Shown here: positions 15,111 through 30,053 of the stretch, piece after piece
How positions within the stretch are numbered: position 1 is the stretch's first letter
Layout of the letters: the number at the start of each line of letters is the position of its first letter
NCBI RefSeq assembly: GCF_009914755.1
Contig: NC_060927.1
Length of the DNA stretch: 64,000 nt
Source: the human T2T-CHM13v2.0 reference genome, Homo sapiens
Reading direction: 5' to 3' (one strand)
Notes under the pieces: model-generated
Database searches by the model: none
The model's input: only the letters and a program-made list of their open reading frames with translations
Told to the model about the DNA's origin: nothing
Position numbers and translations under genes: made by a program

Positions 15111-17348
15111 ACCACAATCCAGCCAAATATTGTTTCTGGACAAAATAATTTTTGTCCAGACAAAAACATTTCTAATAAATGCTTACAAATAAGCTTGGGA
15201 ATGATAATCGCCACACACAAAATTGTGATTACTTCTGAGAAGAGAGATATTCAAAGTAAAAGTAATACAATGGTAAGAGGAACAACTACTAAAGTTTTAA
15301 AATAGAATTTGTGATATGATTGCAACCCCTAGTGAGTAGAGGTGTTAACTGAACCAATCATTATTTCAAGCACATGTATAAATATCAAAACTTGTCTGGA
15401 TCATTTATTATCTAAGCCTAATTGAATTTGTTTTGTGCCTTGAGTTTAGCCAAGTCAAAAAAGTTTTCAAATTATCCAGATTCTCTTTTAAAGAATGTAT
15501 AATTATCTATGATCTGAAGGACTTCACAACACTGACTCTGTCAACCTCACGGAGGTTCAACTAATTCTGTGGAAGATGAGAGTAAACACACAACTAAAAG
15601 GCTAGAGTGTGTGCACAAGGTGAGTAGCACTTTGGGAAGTTGTAGACAGATACATATGACCTTAGGTTGTATTTAAACAGGAATGCCTGACAATTTCCTA
15701 CTTAAAAGTGATCAAGGGACAAAATTGCTCCACTTTTTCACGTTTCTTGTGTATATACAGTACTTACCTTATCTTATAGAAAGTTAAAAAAAAAAGGAAA
15801 GAAATTTAAGGAGCAATGTGGTGCTATTAGCCTGTGTGAAAATCTCAAGAGGACTTTTATCAATCACAAGGAAGTACATTTTATATTTTCTCTCAGAGGT
15901 TGTCTTTGTTCTCCATAATTATTATCACAGCTCCATTATATCTGGGTCTCTGATGTGAAGTACTTTTTTTCAAAAGAATAATGCTCACCTTTCTATAACT
16001 TTAAAAACATATTTAAAAGAATTTATATTGTATTTTAAACATTTTAAAGACATTGACATGTTTTAACATGATTAAAAACACACAAGTAAAATGTTTATGA
16101 TGTAAACACGTGCTTTCATTTATGCATCTAAAGTAGTTTTGTGTTCTAAGAATTTATTCATTAATCTGTAAGACCACAAGAGTAAATTATAACATATAGT
16201 GTTCAGAAATGAAAATGTAGCAATGTTACAACTGTTCATTTTGTGCTAATGTGAATGTTCAAATAGATCCTGATGCAAAAAAAAAATGTTCAAAAGAAAG
16301 AAGTCATGTAAATACCAAGATGGGTTGAAAATCAGGAATCTTTAACAGAAGGCACGAGTAGTGAATCATTTCAGTTTTGTGTGAAATTGTTTTAGTTACA
16401 GATGCCAAGAGAAAAGCAAATGACTGCAAAACAGAGAGGGAAGGGTTCCTACTGTTGTTTAACAGACATGTGCTAGTTCTTCCTCTGTTAGACAAAAACA
16501 GTCACAGAAACTATGGAGCTGGGATGGCAGCCATATTTTTTTCAAAAAGTCTGTGGTTGTAGTTTGCAGTAAGTGAGAAGCTGAATGAAAAAATAGATCT
16601 GGCTGAAGATTTTTACTCAGAGGTGACAGTCGATATCTGAAGAAGTAAAGAGAAGTAAACTAGTTTATCTAATTAAAGCTTTTGATAACGTATATGGCTC
16701 ACTTACTAATAACTAACCTGGGATTTACTGTTTGTGAAGTGTTTCACATTAAAATATTTCTAAAGAAAGTACTTGAACATGAACACTCAATTAGAATATT
16801 GTATCGAGCACTTAAAATTTACCATATGTGTTTTTTTCTAAAGCATGTTCTCTCCACTTCATTAAAAATGAAACAAAAAAACCAACACATAACATGACAA
16901 CAACAGAAAACCTCACAATAAAAAACTGACTTTTAGTAACTAATAGAGAAAGAGACTCTAGGCCCAGTTGGATGAAACAGACTGACTTGAGAGCAACCAT
17001 ATTTTAAGACTGTAAGCTTAAATCTAAGAACCTTAAAGTTGGATTTGTTCAACTTCACAAAATGTCCCAGCTGCCTCAGTGTCCCCATATAATTCCAGTA
17101 TTCTGTAGCAATTGGACAAAAAAAGATAGGCAGTAAAATAGTTAATTATAGCCATTTCTTTTTGCTGTATTAGGCAATTGACCATACATTTTATGTTGTC
17201 TTTTGATATTTAAACTGGTCTCTCTACCAGTTATGAAGATAAAGAAAACTCAATAGGTAGGTTAAAGAAATATATTTAGTGTGGCTCTGTTGAGCTGTGG
17301 TCCGAAAGTCAGAGACTTTTTTTCAATTAAAAAAAGGAAGACTTATGA

Positions 17349-17699
<351 letters not shown>

Positions 17700-18043
17700 A
17701 CGAAAACAAATTTTTACAATGTTTAATTCACGATTTTCCCCCATCAGAAGTTTCCCCCATCTGAATCTTTCCCAGCTGATTTAGAGATTCTGACTATCCA
17801 TCTCCTTTTTCAAAGTTTGGAAGTAGTCATTAATATCTCCAGTACATCTCATTGTAAACACATGTTTACATGCAACTTGAAGGTTAATTCCTCAGAAGTA
17901 GCTTCTCCCTAGAATACTCTACTGGAAATGATAATGTACAATATAGTAAAAAACTCAGATAAATGTTTTAAAAGTAGGAAATAATATTAGGATTATGATT
18001 TTTGTAGATTGTAGTTTCTGCTTCTTAATTGTTAGTGTTTTAG

Positions 18044-18374
18044 TGTATCTTAGTTCAGGCTACTATCAGAGAATACCTGAGATGGCTTAAAAAGCAAAAG
18101 TATATCTCTAATAGTTCTGAAGGTGCCAGCAGATCTGGTGTCTACTGAGGACATACTTCCTGGTTTGCAGACAACTATCTTCTTGTACCATTACATGGCT
18201 GAGAGAAAAATCATCTTCCTCATGCTTCTTCTTATAAGTGCATTAATCCCATCAAGAGGAGTCCATCCTTATGACCTCCTACCTCCCAAAGTCCCCACCT
18301 CCTAAAACTGTCACCTTGGAGTTAGGATTTCAGCATGTGACTTTTGGGAGGACACAGACATTAGGTCCACAGCA
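18044..18374 (-). mobile_element. MaLR solo LTR (MLT1A/MST-like)
   Basis: TGTATCTTAGTTCAGGCTACTATC...TTTTGGGAGGACACAGACATTAGGTCCACAGCA. Confidence 0.8.
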
Positions 18375-18828
18375 CAGGGGATTTGGGAGAAACACTCACT
18401 GCAAACTTCAACCTTAATAGCCATAGCACATTAATTCCAACTTTGCTTTAAGAATGCTATGGAAATTTTGCTTATAACTATGGACTGTTGTTTGTAGAGA
18501 TCATAAAGTTGAAGTTATTTATATAAGAAATGCATACATATATACTTATATGTTATTTTCTGTAGACCATCTAAGATGTGGGAAAGGCTGTATTAAAACA
18601 GATTTTAAAGACCATGTTGGGGCAGCTGAGAGCATATCTCAGAAATTTATCTTCCATATTAAGAAGAAAATGCCTGTCAAGTTAGGGCTTGGATGGGCAG
18701 GGGACCCCATTCACAAAGAAGATGCCCTTTTTGAGAGGCTGACATGAGAAGCTGTGACTTCGCATGTCACAGCGAGACACCCCAAGAGGCAGAGCTGCAC
18801 AAACAGCTTTTACATGAAAGTTCTGTGA

Positions 18829-19270
<442 letters not shown>

Positions 19271-19969
19271 ATACTCCTTACTTTTCCTCTGCTTGCTGTC
19301 TCCTGTTTGTTATCTATGTGGAAAGGGACAAGAGAAATAGACACAGAAAGTGGCTTAGAGATAACTTAGATTTTTCTAACTGCCCTAGAGTTAAAGCAAT
19401 TTACTAAAGATTAAATCTAAGAAACCTCAATTAAGGCTTTGAAATTCATACCTAATGCAGTATAAAATGGGTAGATTTTTAGTAAGGTATGATGCTGAGG
19501 AATTTCTTATTGCCCAAGGAGAACAAAGTTCATGTGAATCAAGCTAAGACCAAACAGAAAACTCTATTAATAACCTAGCTTCAAATATTAAAATATTCAT
19601 AAAAGTTTCACAAAGAACAACATAGCTGGGGTAGGTCACAGATCTCATGAGTTTTATAAAGGATACTCAAGGTTTTTTAACAGCTTGAAACATTGTGCCA
19701 CTTGATAAAAATCTTAAAAAGCAGAGAATTTTTATTTTACTTTTGTTGGTCCCATGATACTGTTTTGAAAATCAACAGCAATCAATTTATTTTATGAGTC
19801 AGGGTAGGCCTATAATACAAACCAGTAATTTGAGTAATTTTTGCAAGTCAACCAAAATTATGAAAATAAATTTCTTCTTAACCAAAAGATACATTTGCTC
19901 CAATCATCTGTGTATTTTAAACTGAACCTATGAAGTAGAAAGTTCTAAAAAGCAACCCTGAAAATTTGA

Positions 19970-20600
19970 TGGTGCATTTGTTGTTGCTATATAATAATCT
20001 ACCCCCAAATTAAGTAGCTTAAAACAATCATTTTATTTACTTCATATTTCTATGTGTCATTAATTTAGCTGGGCTCAGTTGTGCAATTCTTTTGCTGGTC
20101 TTGGCTTCTCTCAAGCAACTGAGGCCAATTAATGGGTCTGCTGGTAGATAGAAGATGTGTTTAGCTGGGTCAGCTGCTCCTGTGGTCTCTGACCATCTGG
20201 CAGACGAACTTGAGCTCTCCACATAGAGTCTCATGGTTCTAAAATGCAGTGAGAAGTGCAAGCTCCAATGCACCATAACTTTCAAGTCTCTACTTGTATC
20301 TTATTTGCTACATCCCATTGGCAAGGCAAGTCACAAAGCCAAGTACAGATTTAATTTTTTTAATTTTTATATATATATGTGAGTGTGTATATATATATGT
20401 GTGTGTGTATATATGTGTGTGTATATATATTTTTATATATATTTTTATATATATATATATATATATCTTTTTGGGTGGCAGCCCCCAGAATCACAGCAGA
20501 TTCAGAGAGACTCCCCCAAGTACAGATTTAAGAATGGAGAGATAGATTTCACCTACTGGAGAAGGAGCTGGGAGCTGGAAAATAATGCTACCTTTTTTTT
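19970..20600 (-). mobile_element. Old MLT1-type LTR interrupted by a TSD-flanked insertion at 20355-20515
   Basis: CCCCAAATTAAGTAGCTTAAAACAA...CATCCCATTGGCAAGGCAAGTCACAAAGCCAAG resumes after the insert. Confidence 0.7.
20367..20466. repeat. Compound (TA)n/(TG)n microsatellite
   Basis: Direct inspection. Confidence 0.95.
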
Positions 20601-21049
20601 TTTTCAGTTTACAACACAAAACTTCATTTAAGCAAAACTGGATTGAAAGCAGGATATGTGTAAGACACTTCTATACAAAACAAAAAAATTGAATAAGACA
20701 TCTTTGTCCTCAGGAAATCTGCAGGCTAGGAAAAGAGGTGCATATCTAAACACTTAATCATATCATGAGACTGAAAAATTATTTAGTGCTGTATCTAAGT
20801 ACAAGCTATATTTTGTGGGAGCCCAAAGCCTCATTTATTCTGACTGTGGTAATTAAAGAAAATTTTGTGTAAGAAGTAACAAATTACTAGGCCTAAGTAG
20901 ATGACATTTTTGCTAAGGAAGTAAAGAAAAGGCATTTAAGACAGCAGATATTCAACATACAAAATCAGAGATGTGTGAATGGTATATGGTGATTATTGAA
21001 ATCATATTTCCCACTATTTTTCAACCCTTCACCAGGTTGATTTCTTTCT

Positions 21050-21870
<821 letters not shown>

Positions 21871-22272
21871 TATGCTTGGTTCTGTCTCTAGATCTATTTC
21901 TATGTTATTTCTCTAGAATGGAATATCTTTCCTTTTTTCCATCACTTTTTAAAGACTGACCAATGTACCAGCTCTTTTGGGAGGACTTCCTATATAGTCC
22001 TTCCTAATAGACTGCTATTCTTTATAAGCCATATCACTTAAAGTAGCCATTAATTACCTTCTGTCTTAAGCTGTTTGCTAATTGTTGTGGGCATAAAATT
22101 TCTGTCCTCGACAAAACTGTAAGTCTTGTGAAGAGAAACTATAAATTATACTTTTATATTCCCTTTAATGCTCAGAATACTACTGGGAACATATAACATA
22201 TGGCTAATTGATTAAAAAATAATTGCTACTTCAGTTATATTATTCCATTTCAATTTTGCTTCATAAATATTT

Positions 22273-22658
<386 letters not shown>

Positions 22659-22805
22659 TGAAAAAAGGAGCTTTTATTGATGTGGTGGACATTTACTGTC
22701 CATTCCATATTCTTAATCACAGGAAAGCCATCTTTCTCTTACCCATGTGTGGATGGTATTTTCTCCCCCTACCTGATTCCTGGAAATGACATAGATAGAT
22801 CCAAA

Positions 22806-22962
22806 TCATGGACAATCATTTTTTGACCTCAATTATTTCTTTAATTTGTATTTTTAATTAAAAATAATATTGTATGTATTTGTGTTCATGGACAATCATC
22901 TCTTGACCTCAATTATTTCTTTAATTTTTATTTTTAATTTAAAACAATATTGTATATATTTG
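22806..22962. repeat. Two-copy tandem duplication, 80-bp period
   Basis: TCATGGACAATCAT...GACCTCAATTATTTCTTTAATTT...TATTGTAT.TATTTG starts at 22806 and at 22886. Confidence 0.92.
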
Positions 22963-23050
22963 GGTGGTATAATGTGATGTTTTATTATATTATACATTGT
23001 GGAATGATAATATCAAGCTAATTAAAACATCCATCCCCTTATGTACTTTA
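22925..23050 (-). mobile_element. L1MA 3'-end fragment
   Basis: GTATAATGTGATGTTTT...ATACATTGTGGAATGA...TCAAGCTAATTAA..CATCCATC. Confidence 0.7.
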
Positions 23051-23059
23051 AAATATTTA

Positions 23060-23212
23060 TTATTTATTTATGTATTATTTTAAAGATGGGGGTTTCCCAC
23101 TCTGTTGCCCAGGCTGGAGTGCAATGGCACAGTCATGCCCACTGCAAACTCAGAATCCTGGGCTCAGCCTCCGGAGTAGCTGGGATTACACATGTGAGCC
23201 ACTGCACCTGGC
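23060..23212 (-). mobile_element. Internally deleted AluJ or Alu monomer
   Basis: CTCTGTTGCCCAGGCTGGAGTGCAATGG...GCTGGGATTACACATGTGAGCCACTGCACCTGGC. Confidence 0.8.
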
Positions 23213-23874
23213 AAAAAGCTACTCTTTTAGCAATTTTGATTTTTCTTTTTCTTTACCATTCTTAGCAGATAAGAATGAAGCCATTCCAAAGTGTAGAAAC
23301 AAGAGAGAAAAAGAAAAAAATTAAATCCTAACAATACCATTTGAATCCCAGGATCTAGTCACCCCCGAAGTCTGAATATTTCAATGAAGCAATAAATTTC
23401 CTTTTGACAACTAATTCCCATTTGACAATTTACGGTTTAACATAGCCTGACAGAATGAAAACAATATTGTCCTCAGAGATGAAAACCTACTCTAGCTTTG
23501 GTCCTTCTGTTTTCTTGGTATGTGACTTTAGACCAACCCATTGAAGTGTGTATTGTCAACTTGGCACTTCTACTCCTATGCAAGGATGGGAATTACATTT
23601 TCCAGAATCCCTTTCCCTGCATGGTTCTGAGTTAGAGTTGCCCAAGAAAGGAATTTACGTGAGATTTGGAAGATAGAAGTGAGGAAGCCATTACTCTTGG
23701 AAGGCCATGGTAGTCAGATGCTTTAAGGGACAGATACAAAAGTCCCCAGTGAGCCCCAGTTCATCATTGCTCTACTGTTGCTCCATGTCCAGCATGTCTT
23801 TCTGATTTCGGGCCCTGCCAACTCACCATGCCCTCAGGCGCAACATTACAGGCTTGGCTGTGAGATTATAGGTA

Positions 23875-24314
23875 TGTCAGGGCTTAGAACAAAATACTGA
23901 AATTATCTGACTTACCTCACCTGAAAGTAGGTAATAAGACCCTCATTCCAGAGATGTCCTGTCCTGTCCCAGAGGCCAAAAAGGATCTAAACAGATAGAC
24001 CTTGCTGGGCACCCCCTACACACACTAATTTATTACCATTAGATCATACACTTTTTGTCCAATCATGCTTTTACATAACTGTCTATTCTTCATTGAACCT
24101 AAGCGTAAAGATACAGTTTTCCTCTGGTCTTTGTGTCTTCATTTCTGAAGGATTCCATGTCACATAAAACTTCAAAAAGGTTCATACGTCAAATAAAACT
24201 TTGATAAATAAATTTGTTATGTTTTTCCTCTTGTTAATCTGTCTTTTGTTATAGGGGTGTCAGCCATGACCCTAGTAATGGGTGAAGAAAAGGTATTACT
24301 TTTTCTCCCCTGCA
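23875..24314 (+). mobile_element. ERV1 MER4-group solo LTR (MER34/MER39-like) nested in an older ERVL-type LTR (about 23545-24600)
   Basis: TG...CTTCATTTCTGAAGG...AATAAATTTGTTATG...CTTGTTAATCTGTCTTTTGTTATAGGGG...CCCCTGCA. Confidence 0.7.
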
Positions 24315-25226
24315 GAAGCAACATGTTCTCCAGAGAGGATAGTTTCCACAGACACCTCCATACATCATAGTGCAACTTTGCTATCAGATGAGCACAGTTT
24401 CTCATATTTTCCTACAAGCACTTACTTGTTCTCCTGGGCCACTGCTTCTTGTAAATCTGGCATTGATTATATCTCTGATTCTCTACTCCCTTCTTCCAGA
24501 CTTTCACTTAAACAGCTCCCACCAACATTCATAGAAGATCTAATTCTTATACTAAATTTCTTATTGCCAAAGTACTTGCATTAGTTTTGTTTTCTTTATG
24601 GACCTCAACTTATAAGACCAGTTATTTACTCTCTTAAGCCCTATCCTCCTTGCCTATAAAAAATGAGTTGTCCTGCTTGATACACACAGCTGTAATGAGA
24701 ATCTGGTGATAATGGGTCTGGTGTGTAAAGTGTAAATGGATGACCTTTTTGGAGCCTGAATGTTGGTCCTCTAGAGCAAATGCCTTTGCTTTAGCATGCA
24801 GGACATTACTACTTTTTTTTCTTATATAAGTAAACCCTCAAAAGTAAAAAAAAGGGTTTCTAACCTAAAGAAAATGAGTGTACATATGCTTTAGAAGTAA
24901 AAAACTAAAAGGCAAGTTCAGTTGAAATTTTATTTCAAGAATGTGCCTATTTCTTGATCCTTTAATTTTCTTTCTTCTTTTCATTCCTAGAGACAATATT
25001 GAAGTTTCATCATTAATCACTGATTCACCTTAAAATATAGCTTTTCCCTCATTATTACCGAGGAGATCTCACAACTTCACCTTCTTCCATTTCAAATCAT
25101 TTTGACTCCAAGCCTATTTCTTTGCATGAAAGATAAAAAATAATGAATTGTCAAAACTTCAGTCAGATGGGATTCAATCTTGTTTTTATCTACACAAAGC
25201 TTCTCTATATAGTTACTTGAAGATTA

Positions 25227-25264
25227 CACACACACACACACACACACAGACACACACACACACA
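25227..25264. repeat. (CA)n microsatellite
   Basis: Direct inspection. Confidence 0.95.
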
Positions 25265-27529
25265 TATATATTTAAAGCTACTAACCAGTTTTATGTCTTA
25301 AAAGAACTCTATCATTAGGGCAGAAATATTAAACTGAACAGAAATGTTATGGAGAAAAATACATTTTAACTTGAGCTTTTGCTCGGTATAGAGAATTACT
25401 GTCCTGATTGTTCTGATGCAAGCACCTCTTTTTGTTTGTAATAAAGTATATAATGGGTATTCTACAGTGAATGCATCCTTCCTACACAGTGATTTCCATC
25501 AATGTATAATTAAAAGTGGATTTCCTTTTCCTTTTTGGATGGTGGGAGGGAGGGGCTGGTAAACCTGGTTAAAGAAGGGAGAACAAAGAGAACTTTCATG
25601 AGTTCCTCTGCAAACAGTCTATCAGTTACAATTCGTAGTGTTCGAATAGCAGCACTATTCTAAAGAAGTTCTGGAATTAAAAAAAAAAAAAGTCAAGCAG
25701 GGAGTCCGAGGAAAATTCAGCCCGCATGCCAACTAAGGGAAAGAAAGAAAAAGGCAGGGGGGGAAACCCTATCTTTTGTTGTAAAAAGAACTAATGAAGC
25801 TGCTGTTAAAACTGTCCACAGTGACACAACAAGGGTGTACACCCACACACATTGTTAAAATGCCAGTCATCCCTGGTAATGGGAAAAGGAAATGCTGTGA
25901 TTTAAAGGAGGTGGTGGCACACACTGCTTTTAGAGTTTAACTTTGGAAATCTTAGTGAGGGCACACTTTGGCCAGTGTTGACTGCCAGAAGTTAGTACAA
26001 AGATGTGTAAAGTTGTCTACTTCTGTCTTAAAGAAGAGATGGACTAGTGGAGGGTAAAATCCCATTGTCATTATAAATTGCTAATTAAATAATTATCAAT
26101 TAGTTGGGCAGACAGAACTCATTCCAGTGTATTCCTTAGAGAGCTGTCAATAAAGAAAAACTGTAATTTTGATTCTTTTCTTTTTACAATATTCTTGCCT
26201 AGAGGTGCTAAATAGAGGTAATATATGTTATGTTCTATGTTAGGTGTTTCACATAGGCTATAATGCATTATTGATCAAAGATGAATACCTATTATAGCCA
26301 GCAATCATTAATTTTTGTTATTCTAGTTGTATGGCATTATTTCAGTGTAATAACTAATCGGGCCATTTTTCAATGAACAACACAATATAGTATTTATTTT
26401 CCAGCAAAAAAAAAAATCCCAATACTACATTTTCTAAAATACTACAGAGAAAATATTTTAGGAAACAAAAATGTCAACCAGTATTTTTTTAAAAATCAAA
26501 CTGTATCTGCATTCTTAATGGCAAAAGCGTTTTATTTAAAACTTTTAGTTATATACATTCACTAACATGATATTATAGATAATTTAAAAACAGCCAATCA
26601 TTTTAAAAGTAATTAGGAGAAAGAAACATTCAGAAGTAAATAAATATATATAATGTATACACACATATACATATATTTATATATAATATATAAAGTAAAT
26701 ATACATAAATGTTTACATATTGTTATATTATATATTTACATAAAATATTATATATATTCATATATAATCTCTATTGTGAATTTAGGACTTTTGAGACTTA
26801 AAGATAAGTATTGATAAGATGCTTCAATTTTGCAAGTGTTAAAAGTTTTCAAAAGTGTTCGGTTTTCAGGGGATGAGATTTTTTTCTGAAACCCAGATCA
26901 GGGACTTGTGAATAAACAAAGCCCAAAGAATATAAAATCTGGAAAGATGGAAACTGAATTCCTAAGAAATCCAGTTGCATTTAAATATGAATGGGTTTGT
27001 TGCAGTCCTGTTATATATGTAGATCACTTCTGCCTTTGTAGAGAAATATGGAGCTCTGAACCTCTGCACTTGTCTTCTTTATTAACTATGAATTTGAAAA
27101 AGATTGCAAGTTTACTAACAACTTCAGAAAATTTGGTAGCATGTTATGGAAAACAAGTAGTAAGTACAATAAATTTATGTTAGTAGCTAGTGAGGAAAAC
27201 ATTTTTCTTTCTGTTAGGACATTTTCTACTGTGAATCTGCATAATGTTCAATTTTGTTATGAAAATAATAAAATTTTAAAATTTGACTTTACAACCACTT
27301 ATTTACATAACAGCCATCTTGAATACACAAACCCAGCACTCCTTATTATATTCCATTAACTACCTCACAACAGATAAAAAGGCATCTCTTGAAATAGTCT
27401 GATGTCCCTTCTAGACAACAGTTTACTTTTGGGGACTTGGAATCAACTGGCATCTCAAAAATCTTAAAAGAGCTTCATTATGGCAAAGTTCTTAATTTGA
27501 TTTACTTTAAGGAATACTTAATGGTTAAA

Positions 27530-27757
27530 GGTCTTTACTATGTTGTTTTATTGAATTCTTGTCCATGGTTCAGGATTGATCCACTTCAACCTTTCAGCAG
27601 GGAGTAGTTTTCCAGGGAGGCCCAGCAGGACTCCAAATCAATAAGGTTAATAGACATGGGGCCACGCAGTCAGAGGTGATATGGCTGGCATTTCTGATGC
27701 CAATGAAGACAAGTTCTGGTGTCACTTTTGTGCTGGCAACAATGTTACCCTGATTAT
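27530..27757 (-). ncRNA. Candidate terminal exon, minus strand
   Basis: CTTAAC branch-like motif, then CCCTATGCTCCAG acceptor; AATAAA at 27552-27547; GC content above the flanks. Confidence 0.3.
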
Positions 27758-29865
27758 CTGGAGCATAGGGTTGTTAAGTGTTAACAGGACTGTGAATGGC
27801 CCATTAATCCGAATTATTTTAAAGGAACTAGTTCAATTTTACTGTTCTTTAAATTATTGGTGTCCATTATTTTTGAAATATCAACTGCCCCCTTGCTGTA
27901 GAAAACATTGGCGTTCAGTTCTGTTTGTCTGAGTGCCCCCAGCAGCAGATTGTGACCATAAAATGTTAGCCAAAAAAACTAGAAGGCATTTTGTCTGAAA
28001 AAAGAAAGTATTTTATGAAAGGAACCCTATGTAAAGAGGAGGTTTTTAAATAACAAAATATGAACTCATTCTAGAAAACCTTGTTTATTTAGTAGTCTAC
28101 ATAGTAGTCTATATAAAGCAACATGAAATATAAACTAGTTAAGGAAAGAATGGATAGTCAAGTTCCCTTCCTACTGTAGATTAATAATTTGTCTTCTCTT
28201 TAAGAAACCAAAGTTAGCAACGCCTTCCAGAGTCTATGAAAGTGTACCATTTATAGTCATATCCCAGCAACTAAAGCACTGACTCCAAAGCAAACAGAGT
28301 CATCTCTTTCAGTACTTCACATGAATAAGTGTATGTAAATAAATAAATAAATGTAATATAGATATATTAGTAAGTAGTAGTTTGGAACACTTGCACTCAT
28401 CCTTGAAAAAGGCTTGAAAGTGAATATTATTTCAAATAATTAATGCTGATTTTACTGTGCAAATTAAAGAAACATCCATGCCATGATATCATTTAAAGAA
28501 GGATCTGTTTGACTACATCCTACTTTTACAAACTCTTACTTATATTTTAAAGAAAACAACAAAAATCAATGAAAAATCTAAAGTTTTAACACTGTAAGAA
28601 TTTTCTTGACAAACTCTATGGTGTTTATATATCCATCCTGGATGTATTCAACCTTGTTTTACCATTGGCTGATTTGCCATATTCTTAAAATAAAGATTGG
28701 TGATTGCTGAAAACTTAGGTACATCAGACAATAATCATTATTCTCCTTAGACAAATTTTGTCAGTGAAGACAGAATGTACCTTAGCAAAGTAAAGTAGCA
28801 GATTGAATCATGGTATTCTTTTTATCATCTCTCATATTCAGTAACCTATTAAATAGTAAAACATATTAGGTTAACTTGAAAATGCTTCAAGTTGGAAAGA
28901 AACTGAATTTTTAAAATCGCACTGGGAGAGTCATTGTTAATTGAGTTGTAATCACTGTTGGTCATTAGCTTTTTATTTTATGATAAGGATCTTAATGATG
29001 ATGGTGGTAATGATTAGGTAATGTGCACACAAAGTGATGAAAATGTGTTCTATTAATCTGAACAGAATTCATTTTTATACCAAATGATGTACATGGGTTT
29101 ACATGATTGCTTTGCAACAACCACGAAAAAAGTAAGAGCAAACATTCTGGACTTTAAACACCTAAAAGAGGGATTTTCTTTAATCTTAAATTACCTTTCT
29201 TATTTTTATTTTTGAAATGCTAGCCAACCTTGTTCTGAAATTTAAATTATTTGCCCACAATAAATATCATTTTTTTAAAAAAAGTGTCTATTTTACTTAT
29301 CATTCAGGAGGAAAGCAGTTCTTTTGCCAGTTGGACATTTTTTTTAAAGCCTAATTTGAATAAATTAACATATTTTGTCTACAAAAATTAATTCTAAAAA
29401 GGAATGATAACTAGAAAAGCAATTTAAATTGTATATTTTATAAGAAAAGAAAAAAAAACTTTGTCATTCACAGGGCAGCTCAGTTAATTTGATGTGCTTT
29501 GATGTAAATTTAGGGGTTGTTTTAATTTCAAAACATATTTTTTCAGTTAATAAAGGAGACAAAAGAAACTTTCAACCAGCATCTCCAGTTTGTTATATTG
29601 GAATGTTTTGGCTTCTCAAATGTGAGAACATGATTGTTTTTATTTCCAGGAGGAGATAATAACACTGAAGCAATAAAAAAGAGTCAAGGCAGCTTGCACA
29701 GCACAGGAAGTTCACAGCCAGAGACTTAATTTCTCACACAATGTACTGTGCAATGGGCCCATTAACATAGATGAATAGGCTCTTTAGAGGTTTTTTTTTC
29801 TCTTCTTCTTCTTCTTCCAGATATGCAGCTGCCGCTGAATGGTGATATGTTAATAAGGTACTCAC

Positions 29866-30053
29866 TTGCCTATTCTTCAGGTACTCTGGCATTCTCTACC
29901 TAGGTAATCTCTATATAGGAAAAGCTATTAGGGGGTTGTATCTGCTACCACACCTTCAATTATATTAACACCTGCACTGATAATCCACGTAAGGTAAACT
30001 AGTAGGGGGCCTATGGCCTTAGTCCACCCTTTTTTTCCCCCACAATGTTACAT
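29866..30053 (-). ncRNA. Candidate internal exon of a minus-strand non-coding transcript (188 nt; alternative 45-nt form 29866-29910)
   Basis: Minus strand: long pyrimidine tract ...TTCTTCTGCTTCTTACTTTCTCCCCAACCTCAG acceptor; donor CAA|GTGAGT; second acceptor CCCTAATAGCTTTTCCTATATAG. Motif evidence only. Confidence 0.4.

Noticed and set aside
25630-25670. TAGCAGCAC, identical to the 5' end of miR-15/16/195
   Set aside because: The rest does not match any of these mature miRNAs as I recall them, and the stem is only 6 bp, not a pre-miRNA hairpin
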